From: a virus
DNA length: 64,000 bases
Direction: 5' to 3' (one strand)
Virus record (IMG/VR): IMGVR_UViG_3300006226_000022
A program made the translations under genes and the position numbers. Under the pieces are notes generated by a model. The model saw only the letters and a program-made list of their open reading frames with translations, made no database searches and had not been told where the DNA came from. Of the stretch, positions 46,363 through 55,181 are shown piece after piece (the first letter of the stretch is position 1; the number at the start of each line of letters is the position of its first letter).

Positions 46363-49119
46363 TTCCAATACGGCGACATCAGCAACGCCATAACCAAAAT
46401 TTTCTATATCATAACGTGTGATCCTACCGTCATTCGTAAAAACAACCAACATCCCATTACTGCCAACTACCCCTACACCATTACCCAATAACGGCTTGCT
46501 TGGTACAAAATCAAACTGAGAATGTTTTAGACCATCTTCTAAACGCATTGCCTCTGTCGTCCACACATGTACAGAGTTTTTACGACCAGGCGACAGCCCA
46601 TTAAATGGAAAAACAGCACCAGATAATGGCACACCTGACTGAACCCCTACATCTGCCCATAACTCTCGCCAATGCCCGGCATGATCATAAGACACAGGCG
46701 ACTCCATATTACTGATGCGTAAAAACTTGCATTCCTCTTGCGAACTCGAAGGCCGCTCACTAGGGTACTCATTTCGCATGGCAGATGTACCTATTACACT
46801 ATCATCTACGTTTTCATCCGACACCAAAAACAACAAATAACTTGGCTTAGCTGCCAAATACTGTCCTATACTATTCAAATCCTTCGTGTTTGGCTTAACC
46901 CTCTCCTGACTCGTTTCCATCATCACATCCTTGTCATCAGCCAAAGGATTACTACTGACACCAGACGGAACATACGCGGATCCAGAAACAGTATACGTAA
47001 CGCCCTGCGGATTTGTAAAAAGAACTCTATTATTTGTTACTGATAACTTATTCGGTAAGGGGGGAGAACCAACCTCGCCAGTTCCGAATATGTTGGGTAA
47101 ATACGGTGTGAGCGACGCATGCGTCATGTGATCATTAAAAATCGAATACGCTACTCCACCAGACTGCCTATATAAACCAGTTAATGCTCCACCGCCATGT
47201 CCAAAACTCTGCCACGTCATAGTAGCTTGCTCCTTACGCGGTTCTTTAACGTACACCTGTAAATGAGCATGTTCTGTCATGAGCGAATCATCATTATGGG
47301 CATGTTCCAAACACATCAATGCAACCCCTCTGCCAAACTCTGAAACACCAGCACACGCATAAGGAATAACCTTTACAAGTTCTGTTCCTTTCAGAACAAC
47401 CGTTGCCGTCAGTTCGTTATGTTTCTTTTTGAACCAAATCAAAGGCAACGTCCCCAATACAATATCGCCTTTCACTGTAAAATCGTTACACAAACGATCC
47501 ACAATCTGTTTTGCAACACCATCCTCAAATTCCGCAGTAAGCGTTTTTGCCTCAACAGAAGGCGGTACAATATCAGGAGCCTCTTTTAACACATCTTCCC
47601 ACGATATAGGTTCTGTCCCATCAAGAAATAAATTTGCATCTTCTACTAAATTACCATCTGCATCATAATACGTTGCATAAACGTCATTAACCTCTCGAGG
47701 GGAAAATATCACACCTGACCCCATGCGAAAACGCTTGAACACATCCGCCGGGATTCGCTTTCCCTTATACGCAACTGCTAATTCCTCTGGATTTACAATA
47801 TCTACCCCACTGGGATTAGCCCCTACAGAATCTATATCCGGCGGCTGAATCTCACTCACCATTTCAGTCCGCCACCTTTGAGGCGGTCTTGCAAAATAAT
47901 GACTTTCACCCACCTGCGTTGCATAATCAGGAGTATGTCTGCCACCAAAAATACGTCCTGTAAAATGATCCAATTCTTCAACAGTATTCCCAGGAAACGG
48001 GTCATAAACATCAAGACCAATAAAAGGATCTAAAAAAACGTACTCACCCCTCTCATGTACAGAATCCACAGTCCAATCATTCTGACCAGCCAGTCCTTTT
48101 GTCCGCCACACAATAGGAATTCGCATCGTCTCACATGTTGCCTCATTTATCAATATCTCTTCATCATAAATACACTCACATACCGTCCCATCTATAAGCC
48201 TTGTACAAATTCGAGTGGGTTGATACTGTTTAATTACTTCAATAGCGTAGGTAACTCGCCACCACGAACGTGATGTTTCCAATGCCCCTGTATTAACACC
48301 TATCCAATTAATTGACTCACCGGGTTTCAAAAAAACCGTCTGCTGTGCCCAACTCGTTCCGCCACTAGACCTACACGTTTCAGGCGTAAGTGCTTTGGGA
48401 TCAGCCGCCATACCTGAAGTACCAGGCGCTTCCCAATAGGGGCCTGCTCCCTCACTATAGGGACGTGGATTCATTCGTCGGAGCGTTAGGGCTACAGGCA
48501 CACTAGGCGTAGAATTATTTGTCCAAGACTGCCGATCATTTGCACCAGACACCATATTTGACACGGATAATTCAATCTCCCCATTAACAATACCATTGCC
48601 ATCGGGTACTATTTCGCCTGTCGAATGGTACGTTATAACTTCCTCAGGATCCGCTCCAACTATGGGCTCTAACCAAAAATCATACTGTGTGCTGCGATCC
48701 ACATACGTAAACACAGAATACTCACCACAAGGAAATGCCACAATGCTGGGCAATATTTTTCTTTGCCTTATTATTCTTTCCTGAGCAATGCGAACTTCAG
48801 GGCTGTCAAGATAATCAAGAAAAGCATTAAGATCAGAATCAGGAGAAATGCCCATACCAGCAACAACACCGACTAAAACATTAAACAGCCAATCAAATAA
48901 CCCATCTTGCTGTTCTTCATACCGTCTCGTCGCCTCTTCTCGCAACTCATTTATTCTCGCATCAACTTCTTCATCTGATACAGCAATACCCTTACCTACG
49001 ACTTCATCTAAGGCGTTTGCAACAATAGATGTCACATCCCTGTACATCATTGTATCAGGGTGCTTTACGTAACAACGATCTCCTCCAACATAACACGTTA
49101 CTTCGTTACTGAGCGGCAT
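46357..49119 (-). CDS. large hypothetical protein (920 aa)
   Basis: Long minus ORF; no motif recognised. Confidence 0.5.
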   Translation of the reverse strand: MPLSNEVTCYVGGDRCYVKHPDTMMYRDVTSIVANALDEVVGKGIAVSDEEVDARINELREEATRRYEEQQDGLFDWLFNVLVGVVAGMGISPDSDLNAFLDYLDSPEVRIAQERIIRQRKILPSIVAFPCGEYSVFTYVDRSTQYDFWLEPIVGADPEEVITYHSTGEIVPDGNGIVNGEIELSVSNMVSGANDRQSWTNNSTPSVPVALTLRRMNPRPYSEGAGPYWEAPGTSGMAADPKALTPETCRSSGGTSWAQQTVFLKPGESINWIGVNTGALETSRSWWRVTYAIEVIKQYQPTRICTRLIDGTVCECIYDEEILINEATCETMRIPIVWRTKGLAGQNDWTVDSVHERGEYVFLDPFIGLDVYDPFPGNTVEELDHFTGRIFGGRHTPDYATQVGESHYFARPPQRWRTEMVSEIQPPDIDSVGANPSGVDIVNPEELAVAYKGKRIPADVFKRFRMGSGVIFSPREVNDVYATYYDADGNLVEDANLFLDGTEPISWEDVLKEAPDIVPPSVEAKTLTAEFEDGVAKQIVDRLCNDFTVKGDIVLGTLPLIWFKKKHNELTATVVLKGTELVKVIPYACAGVSEFGRGVALMCLEHAHNDDSLMTEHAHLQVYVKEPRKEQATMTWQSFGHGGGALTGLYRQSGGVAYSIFNDHMTHASLTPYLPNIFGTGEVGSPPLPNKLSVTNNRVLFTNPQGVTYTVSGSAYVPSGVSSNPLADDKDVMMETSQERVKPNTKDLNSIGQYLAAKPSYLLFLVSDENVDDSVIGTSAMRNEYPSERPSSSQEECKFLRISNMESPVSYDHAGHWRELWADVGVQSGVPLSGAVFPFNGLSPGRKNSVHVWTTEAMRLEDGLKHSQFDFVPSKPLLGNGVGVVGSNGMLVVFTNDGRITRYDIENFGYGVADVAVLES

Positions 49120-49171
49120 ATATCAAAGAAAAAAATAAACACGAATTGATTATAACAACTTTAACAAACGG

Positions 49172-50488
49172 CTAATCAATCGAAAAACCAATTCTATCAT
49201 TATTCCAAGATATCCGTACATTGGGATGTCGTTTTTTTATTCCTAACCAAAGAGCACCCAAATCACACCGCGTAAAACTTTGCACTGCGTAATCACCCTC
49301 GCCAATCGCCTCCAACTTCTTGCAAATAGCATCCACAGCATTTGCAGTGCTTTCCTTATTGATTTCAGACGGATTTTGTGCAGCATGGTTCAATAACACC
49401 ACAGGAATACCGTCCACCTCTTTATTGAGCATTTCCAATTCCTGCGAATCTAACTCCGACCAATCCACATCAGATAGAGTTTTTGCGTCAAATGATACAT
49501 GTTCGGAATTAACTCGCTGTGGTGTAGTAGATTCCGAAAATGATTCCGTAGTTATTTCATCAGATTCCTCCTCCTCCTCATTAAATCCATGTTCTGCCAT
49601 AAGCACAAGAACTTCTGATAATTCCACCGAAACATCATACCCGCTTTTTTTCAATATTTTTTCGACTTCGGCTACTAAAGTACCTGGTGAACCACGCTCT
49701 GTATTTAACCAACCAGAAGACAATAACAGCATAATGTTACGATTTACCTCGGCATCACGATCAAATACCACATCCGAATTTTCTGGCGAAATAACCGCAC
49801 TAGGGGCGATTTTGGGCTCGTTTTGTTCATCTGAGGGTATTTGTGTAGATTCTACCAAAATTGCGTCTGGTGGCAACGTAGGTGGGGCATTTGAGGTGCC
49901 GTGTGATGCTTTTGACTCAGCACGAACGTACCGGCTCATTTTAGGCATCGAATAGCCATCATCTGACTCACTGGAATCCTCTGAAAGATCCTCTGAAAGA
50001 TTCTCTGAAATCAATGGTGCTGGCGAAGGTTCCTCCTCTTTTTTCTTTTTTCTAGATACTGCCTTTTTTGGTTTCTTTTCAACCGGCACATCAAGAGATT
50101 CAAGCGATGTTTCTACGTTCGTGCGCTCAGGCATTATATTCGACATAAGCTGCGCTCTTTTCTCACGCCATATTCCCTGTCGCTGTTCAAGGGAAATATG
50201 ACGACGAACCATATTTTTTACCATAACAAACGAATCCAAATCATCTTCGTAACAAATGACCCAAGGAGGTTCGGTTTGCATAGAAGTCTCACCTTCCTTA
50301 AACAGTTCAAGCCATATTTCTAATCGAAGCTTGCCATCCAAAACCTGACCATCCGGTGTGACGGTGATCGGTTCACGCAACCCATTTTTTCGAATGTCGT
50401 TTTTCAACATAATACGGATATCTTCATCCGTGGTTGTCGAAAAAAGTAGAGCGGTACTATAATATACGGGATTTTGCCAATCAAACAT
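49172..50488 (-). CDS. ParB-like N-terminal domain protein with Ser/Asp/Glu-rich C-terminal half
   Basis: GLREPITVTPDGQVLDGKLRLEIWLEL resembles the ParB/Srx motif. Confidence 0.4.
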   Translation of the reverse strand: MFDWQNPVYYSTALLFSTTTDEDIRIMLKNDIRKNGLREPITVTPDGQVLDGKLRLEIWLELFKEGETSMQTEPPWVICYEDDLDSFVMVKNMVRRHISLEQRQGIWREKRAQLMSNIMPERTNVETSLESLDVPVEKKPKKAVSRKKKKEEEPSPAPLISENLSEDLSEDSSESDDGYSMPKMSRYVRAESKASHGTSNAPPTLPPDAILVESTQIPSDEQNEPKIAPSAVISPENSDVVFDRDAEVNRNIMLLLSSGWLNTERGSPGTLVAEVEKILKKSGYDVSVELSEVLVLMAEHGFNEEEEESDEITTESFSESTTPQRVNSEHVSFDAKTLSDVDWSELDSQELEMLNKEVDGIPVVLLNHAAQNPSEINKESTANAVDAICKKLEAIGEGDYAVQSFTRCDLGALWLGIKKRHPNVRISWNNDRIGFSID

Positions 50489-50546
50489 AAGTGAATCAAA
50501 AAGAGACTATTCAATAGTAATCAAAGACGTATAAATTCCAAAAAAT

Positions 50547-50795
50547 TTATGTTTTAATGTGAGCAATAATCGCTTCTTCCGGCGAATCAGCCGCATCTGC
50601 CATGATTTTATCGCATAGGGTGTCAATAATTTGATCTAAGCAGTACCAAACACGTTCAACGGATTCGTAAACTTCGGCGGCTGATGATATTTCTTGTTTA
50701 AGCGAGAACAATGTACGCCAAATGTAGTACAAATCAAGCCGTTCTACTTCGCTAGGGGACAGTTCAATATCATCCAAAAGTTCATCGACGCGCAT
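50547..50795 (-). CDS. hypothetical small protein
   Basis: 82-aa ORF. Confidence 0.35.
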   Translation of the reverse strand: MRVDELLDDIELSPSEVERLDLYYIWRTLFSLKQEISSAAEVYESVERVWYCLDQIIDTLCDKIMADAADSPEEAIIAHIKT

Positions 50796-50799
50796 GTCT

Positions 50800-51267
50800 T
50801 CAAAAGATTCTCGCCTTTGTTTTTTTGGCGAACCATTCCGTCAATTTTTCAACTTCTTCACGCAAACACTGCAAGACTTCATCCTCGTCAAACGTGAAAT
50901 CTTCATCCTGAACGTGTCCCCATGCCCAATCAACTATGGTCGCACTGCCAACGAGGTCATTTCGACTACTATCCCACCTGTCGGCTGTAAATATCAAATC
51001 GTCGTCACGGTCATTAAATACAACAGCCGATACAAATTCTACAGGTGTAGAAACAGGCTTCTCGCCTATCGATACATAAATACCAAAAAGGTACTTTTTA
51101 ACGGGAAATCCAGTATCAAAAGCGACTTGACCTTCTTCAAACTTATACCGGCTTTCTGCTTCTGCTGCACTAGGATACTCAGATTCGCCTGGCATGAAAT
51201 CACCGGGATGAAAAGACGAAAAAACAAAAGGCGAATCTACCAAAGGATGGTTACTATCAAGTGCCAT
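50800..51267 (-). CDS. hypothetical acidic protein
   Basis: 155-aa ORF; plus-strand ORF 50794..51279 is the mirror artefact. Confidence 0.4.
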   Translation of the reverse strand: MALDSNHPLVDSPFVFSSFHPGDFMPGESEYPSAAEAESRYKFEEGQVAFDTGFPVKKYLFGIYVSIGEKPVSTPVEFVSAVVFNDRDDDLIFTADRWDSSRNDLVGSATIVDWAWGHVQDEDFTFDEDEVLQCLREEVEKLTEWFAKKTKARIF

Positions 51268-51411
51268 AAATTGCGATGAAACGATTTAATTCTATTACTA
51301 ATCACACAATCATAGAAAATACAAAAACATACCAAACCTAAGATTTACAACAGTATGTACAAATACTGCTATATTTAATCGCAAAATTTATCTACAAAAA
51401 CACATAAATCG

Positions 51412-51804
51412 ATGCAAGTATTCAATAGCTATCAAGAACTAGCCAATTACGCCGCGAAAAAAGACGCAGCGTATGCATCAACAAATATAGTACGAGAACA
51501 AGAAGCAGATAACAACGCCGCCAGAGTTACAGCATGGCTCAAAAGCGGTGAAGCACCAGTAACAGGCTTTCCATATTTAAGAGGAACTGAAAAACAAGTT
51601 CGATGGGGCGACTCTATCCGAGAACGATTTATCTGTGCTGTACTCGATTCAAATTACGACCTAAATCACATACTTAAATGGGATCCCCAAAAAGAACTAA
51701 CTCCAAACGAACAAGCCATCAAATCACAATTACAATACGAAAACAAAGCATGGCACTGGATCGAACAACGCGGAAAAACTGTAGGCGGGATTCAAATTCA
51801 GTGA
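51412..51804 (+). CDS. hypothetical protein (plus-strand islet)
   Basis: 130-aa ORF divergent from 50800..51267; TTTCTATGAT-class motif (51307..51320) in the shared intergenic region. Confidence 0.4.
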   Translation: MQVFNSYQELANYAAKKDAAYASTNIVREQEADNNAARVTAWLKSGEAPVTGFPYLRGTEKQVRWGDSIRERFICAVLDSNYDLNHILKWDPQKELTPNEQAIKSQLQYENKAWHWIEQRGKTVGGIQIQ

Positions 51805-51815
51805 TCCTGCAAAAT

Positions 51816-52136
51816 TTAAAGGTTATCATCAAAATTCAATCGTTTTACCAAGTTACGCAAATGATTCGACTTGACTTTATCAAACAAACGTCTAAGCACA
51901 CCTTGGGAAACAGACTCACCAAAAGCGCAACCATCGATGCCAATATTATACATTCGCTCATCACTTCTGCTCACTTCATTAACAGCAATGACAACGTCAT
52001 TGCGCATAGTTTCATACTGAACGGTTAACACAGGCTTCCTATCAACCCCATCAACATTTTTACTATGAGTCCTTTTCCATATCAAATCATCGGAATGTGT
52101 TGCCGTGATAATGCTCTCAATAATCCTCTCGATCAT
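51816..52136 (-). CDS. hypothetical protein
   Basis: 106-aa ORF. Confidence 0.35.
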   Translation of the reverse strand: MIERIIESIITATHSDDLIWKRTHSKNVDGVDRKPVLTVQYETMRNDVVIAVNEVSRSDERMYNIGIDGCAFGESVSQGVLRRLFDKVKSNHLRNLVKRLNFDDNL

Positions 52137-52157
52137 ATTATTTTATAAGGTAAAATA

Positions 52158-52469
52158 TCATTTGCCGCTTATCAAAATTTTCGGTTTCCAGCCATGGCGA
52201 CTAGAACATACTTTGTCACAAAACAACTTTCCGCTTTTACTCTTGCTCAAACGAGCAGCCGCAACTGAAGATTTCAATTTGATGTTTTTACCACAAAAAC
52301 CGCATTTCACAGTTTCGGCTTCTTTCTGATAGCGTTTCCTCGTCTTTTTAGGCGATTCAGAATGACCAACAGTCTCAGATTCAAGTTTTGACTTTGGAGA
52401 TTTTAGCGTGCCAAACAACGACTGAATGATATCAATCGTACAATCTTCTATCGTGATAGTTATTCTCAT
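52158..52469 (-). CDS. zinc-ribbon protein
   Basis: CGFCGKN...C..C pairs; basic. Confidence 0.35.
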   Translation of the reverse strand: MRITITIEDCTIDIIQSLFGTLKSPKSKLESETVGHSESPKKTRKRYQKEAETVKCGFCGKNIKLKSSVAAARLSKSKSGKLFCDKVCSSRHGWKPKILISGK

Positions 52470-52536
52470 TTTATGTGATCAAAATACCAGCTCTACTTTT
52501 TCAGTGAACGTTATATTTACAAAACAATTACAATAA

Positions 52537-52566
52537 TTTTTAATTATTAAATATTGTATAATTAAA
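52537..52566. promoter_or_regulatory. intergenic palindrome copy (TTTTAATTATTAAATATTGTATAATTAAAA)
   Basis: see 7878..7907. Confidence 0.5.
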
Positions 52567-53242
52567 ATTCGAAAACCGAAATTCCACGAGGAAAAAAGCA
52601 CATATTCTCGTCATGGCATGAAACATTAGCCAACACCGTATCATTAATGCGACCTGTCCATCCTGCGTCATTGTGATTATGTCCAAACACGTGTAACTTC
52701 AAATTTGGCGTATCTTTTACTGCCTGTGTTAACGCTTCGCTGCCTATTCTGCCATCCAACGTAAAATCACCGTAGCCAAATGGTGGTTCATGCGTAATGA
52801 GCACATCTGTATTTTTAGGAATATCAAATTTCATATCCTTCACATCACGCTGCCAATGCCAATCCAAGTAACGTGACGTGTACGGACTTCCCCAAATTTT
52901 CACTCCATTCAACACATAAGCACTTTCCAGCAAACAAACAATGTCATAACGAGTTTTCTCCATCTTCCAGTACTCTATCTGATTTTCTGCGTCAGAAACA
53001 CAATGAATCTGGAATCTCTTCTTCACCGTCCATCCGTCATGGTTGCCCGGAGTCAAAATAATAGGGCACTTTCCATGCAAAGATGTATCTTTCAACAGTG
53101 AAATAAAATCGTTATAAATCGTATGAGGGACTATATCACCACAAATCAAAATGGCATCGGCTTTAGTTTCGCGCGCAATACCGCCTGCCTTTGCCAAAGC
53201 CAGAGTATTTCCATGTACATCAGCCAAACAAACAAGTCTCAT
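52562..53242 (-). CDS. calcineurin-like metallophosphoesterase
   Basis: LADVHGN, ICGDIV, TPGNHD, HVFGHNHND motifs in canonical order. Confidence 0.6.
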   Translation of the reverse strand: MRLVCLADVHGNTLALAKAGGIARETKADAILICGDIVPHTIYNDFISLLKDTSLHGKCPIILTPGNHDGWTVKKRFQIHCVSDAENQIEYWKMEKTRYDIVCLLESAYVLNGVKIWGSPYTSRYLDWHWQRDVKDMKFDIPKNTDVLITHEPPFGYGDFTLDGRIGSEALTQAVKDTPNLKLHVFGHNHNDAGWTGRINDTVLANVSCHDENMCFFPRGISVFEF

Positions 53243-54840
53243 ACACCAAACAACGCTCCCAATTCTACAATTTCTTTATCATCATAGGAAAAGACTCGTC
53301 CGTTTTTCGCCTCTGTAAGAATTTCCTTCATTAGCAAAACAATCTGTTCTTTCCTACCAACAACCCACCACGGATAGGGCAACCGTTCTACGTCCTTGCC
53401 CTGTATGTTCATCGTATGATTTATTACAGACTTAAGAATTTTCGTTGCGAGCGGCGACAATAACCACGCAAAAACAAAATACAATTCGTCTGGATCAACA
53501 CCAGGTCGTAAAAAAGCACAAGGCGCACCACTATCCAAAATATATCCTGATGGTAAATATCTTACATTCAATCGTGACGAAATCAACTGCCACGTCAAAC
53601 CTTCCCGTCCGAAAAACTTCTGCCCACCAACTCCTTGTAAATACCAGTTACCATTCTTACGAAACGTCATCACCGCATCACCGTCATCTTTCCAATAAAC
53701 AACGTGCGTCGGCAGGGTATAAACGATTCCACCGTTCGATTTATTGTACAGTTTATAGTCAAAATGGGGGAAATGTAGGAAAAGAGGCATATCTCGTTTA
53801 ACAACACGGATATTACGTTTTGTTTCGCCTTTACGTTCTCTGATTAAAATGTCTTTTGTCGTAGCGGCAGATATTTTACCAAGGCGAGCTCTTGCCATTT
53901 CATTTTCTACTGTCACAGGCTCATCATAAAAAATAAACTCGTATGGTTCGTAAAAACTACCATCAGGCAACAATTCTCGAATAAAATACTCATTCTTACC
54001 AACAGTCATTCCACTTGTACAAACAATGTAGTCTGACAGCTTTTTCTTTTGGAAGTATTTATAAAAATCCTCGTCAAAACACCAAGAAAAATTGTCCGTC
54101 AACGCAATTTTATCAACAGACGTGATTACGTCATCAACCACTACATTATTTGCCTTACCTGATTTTTGTGCGGTCAACAGTACCATCCCATACTGCGTCT
54201 CATCAGAAAAGAACTCAAGATGTTTGACTGTAGGTGACGTTTGATCCACGAGACGCTTTCGCAACCCTACCATAGTGTTAATGGTCAAAAACGTGTCAGA
54301 CAGTATAAAACACAGCGTCCCATTACGTTTCAGAAAATCCAACGACTTAGCGATAAAAAACGAATACGTTTCCTTTTTTATATTGTTCCCTTTCCAATCA
54401 CCATAAAGCAAATCAACATTATCTTCGATTTCAGGATCGAACGTCCCACCAAAAGGCGGATTGCCGATAACAAAATCAAAACGCATCATATCAAAATACT
54501 CACGAAAGAAATCGCCGCATTTTAAATTCTTTACATTGACATCGCCATAAACACTACGTATTTGTGCAATGGTCTGGGCGTGAAATTCTTTGTCTATTTC
54601 AATGCCGTAAAGTTGTGACGTAAAAATTCGCTCTAATTTTTCCGTCCGCGAACCAGCTCCTAAAAACAGCAGCGTATCAACGATAGCAAACAAAAAAGAG
54701 CCACCTCCAAAAGACGGCTCCAGAATACGAGAATTTTCTGTCAGTTCTAATCCAGCAACAATATGTGTCGCTAATTGCAGTGGAGTCATAAACTGACCTA
54801 ATTGCCGCTTCTTGTCTCGAAATCGCTTGGTACTTGCCAT
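53239..54840 (-). CDS. gamma-class N6-adenine DNA methyltransferase (Eco57I/TaqI-like), no cognate nuclease seen
   Basis: GQFMTPLQLATHIV...LEPSFGGGSFL (motif I) then FVIGNPPFGG (motif IV NPPF). Confidence 0.6.
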   Translation of the reverse strand: MASTKRFRDKKRQLGQFMTPLQLATHIVAGLELTENSRILEPSFGGGSFLFAIVDTLLFLGAGSRTEKLERIFTSQLYGIEIDKEFHAQTIAQIRSVYGDVNVKNLKCGDFFREYFDMMRFDFVIGNPPFGGTFDPEIEDNVDLLYGDWKGNNIKKETYSFFIAKSLDFLKRNGTLCFILSDTFLTINTMVGLRKRLVDQTSPTVKHLEFFSDETQYGMVLLTAQKSGKANNVVVDDVITSVDKIALTDNFSWCFDEDFYKYFQKKKLSDYIVCTSGMTVGKNEYFIRELLPDGSFYEPYEFIFYDEPVTVENEMARARLGKISAATTKDILIRERKGETKRNIRVVKRDMPLFLHFPHFDYKLYNKSNGGIVYTLPTHVVYWKDDGDAVMTFRKNGNWYLQGVGGQKFFGREGLTWQLISSRLNVRYLPSGYILDSGAPCAFLRPGVDPDELYFVFAWLLSPLATKILKSVINHTMNIQGKDVERLPYPWWVVGRKEQIVLLMKEILTEAKNGRVFSYDDKEIVELGALFGV

Positions 54841-55056
54841 TTACGGTGTTTTATTTACGATAGGGAAGTGAACACAATGATAACAGTTGTAACCGCGCTC
54901 TTTGCCGTCAAGCTCTGTCCCAGAGCGAGTACAAGTCATTGTAGATGTTTTGTCGTTTGTCTGCTTCATGTCCAAAAATGGACACGCTTTTCTTAACGCT
55001 TCACCTTTCGGGGTTATTTGTGTATTTTTTCGATTTTTAGTATTCGACATGGTCAT
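54841..55056 (-). CDS. small Cys-containing protein abutting the methyltransferase start
   Basis: 71 aa with C25, C42, CxxC(58-61). Confidence 0.3.
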   Translation of the reverse strand: MTMSNTKNRKNTQITPKGEALRKACPFLDMKQTNDKTSTMTCTRSGTELDGKERGYNCYHCVHFPIVNKTP

Positions 55057-55124
55057 TCAGGAAATGAAATAGGGTAGAAATGATTATCCTACCAAAAATA
55101 AAAATAAAATCAAGTATTTTGGAA

Positions 55125-55173
55125 TTATTTTCACAACAAAAATGTATTCAGGCGACAAAGTCGCCTGAATACA
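55125..55173 (-). terminator. rho-independent terminator of the MVP-like gene
   Basis: tgtattcaggcgac-aaa-gtcgcctgaataca perfect stem, then ATTTTTGTTGTG on the minus strand. Confidence 0.55.
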
Positions 55174-55181
55174 TGAACAGA

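Noticed and set aside
50780-50830. A7 homopolymer (GCCAAAAAAACA on coding strand) near the junction of ORFs 50800..51267 and 50547..50795, considered as a programmed frameshift site
   Set aside because: The upstream ORF ends in a normal stop 4 nt before a good ATG of the next ORF. Two tightly spaced genes explain it without a frameshift.
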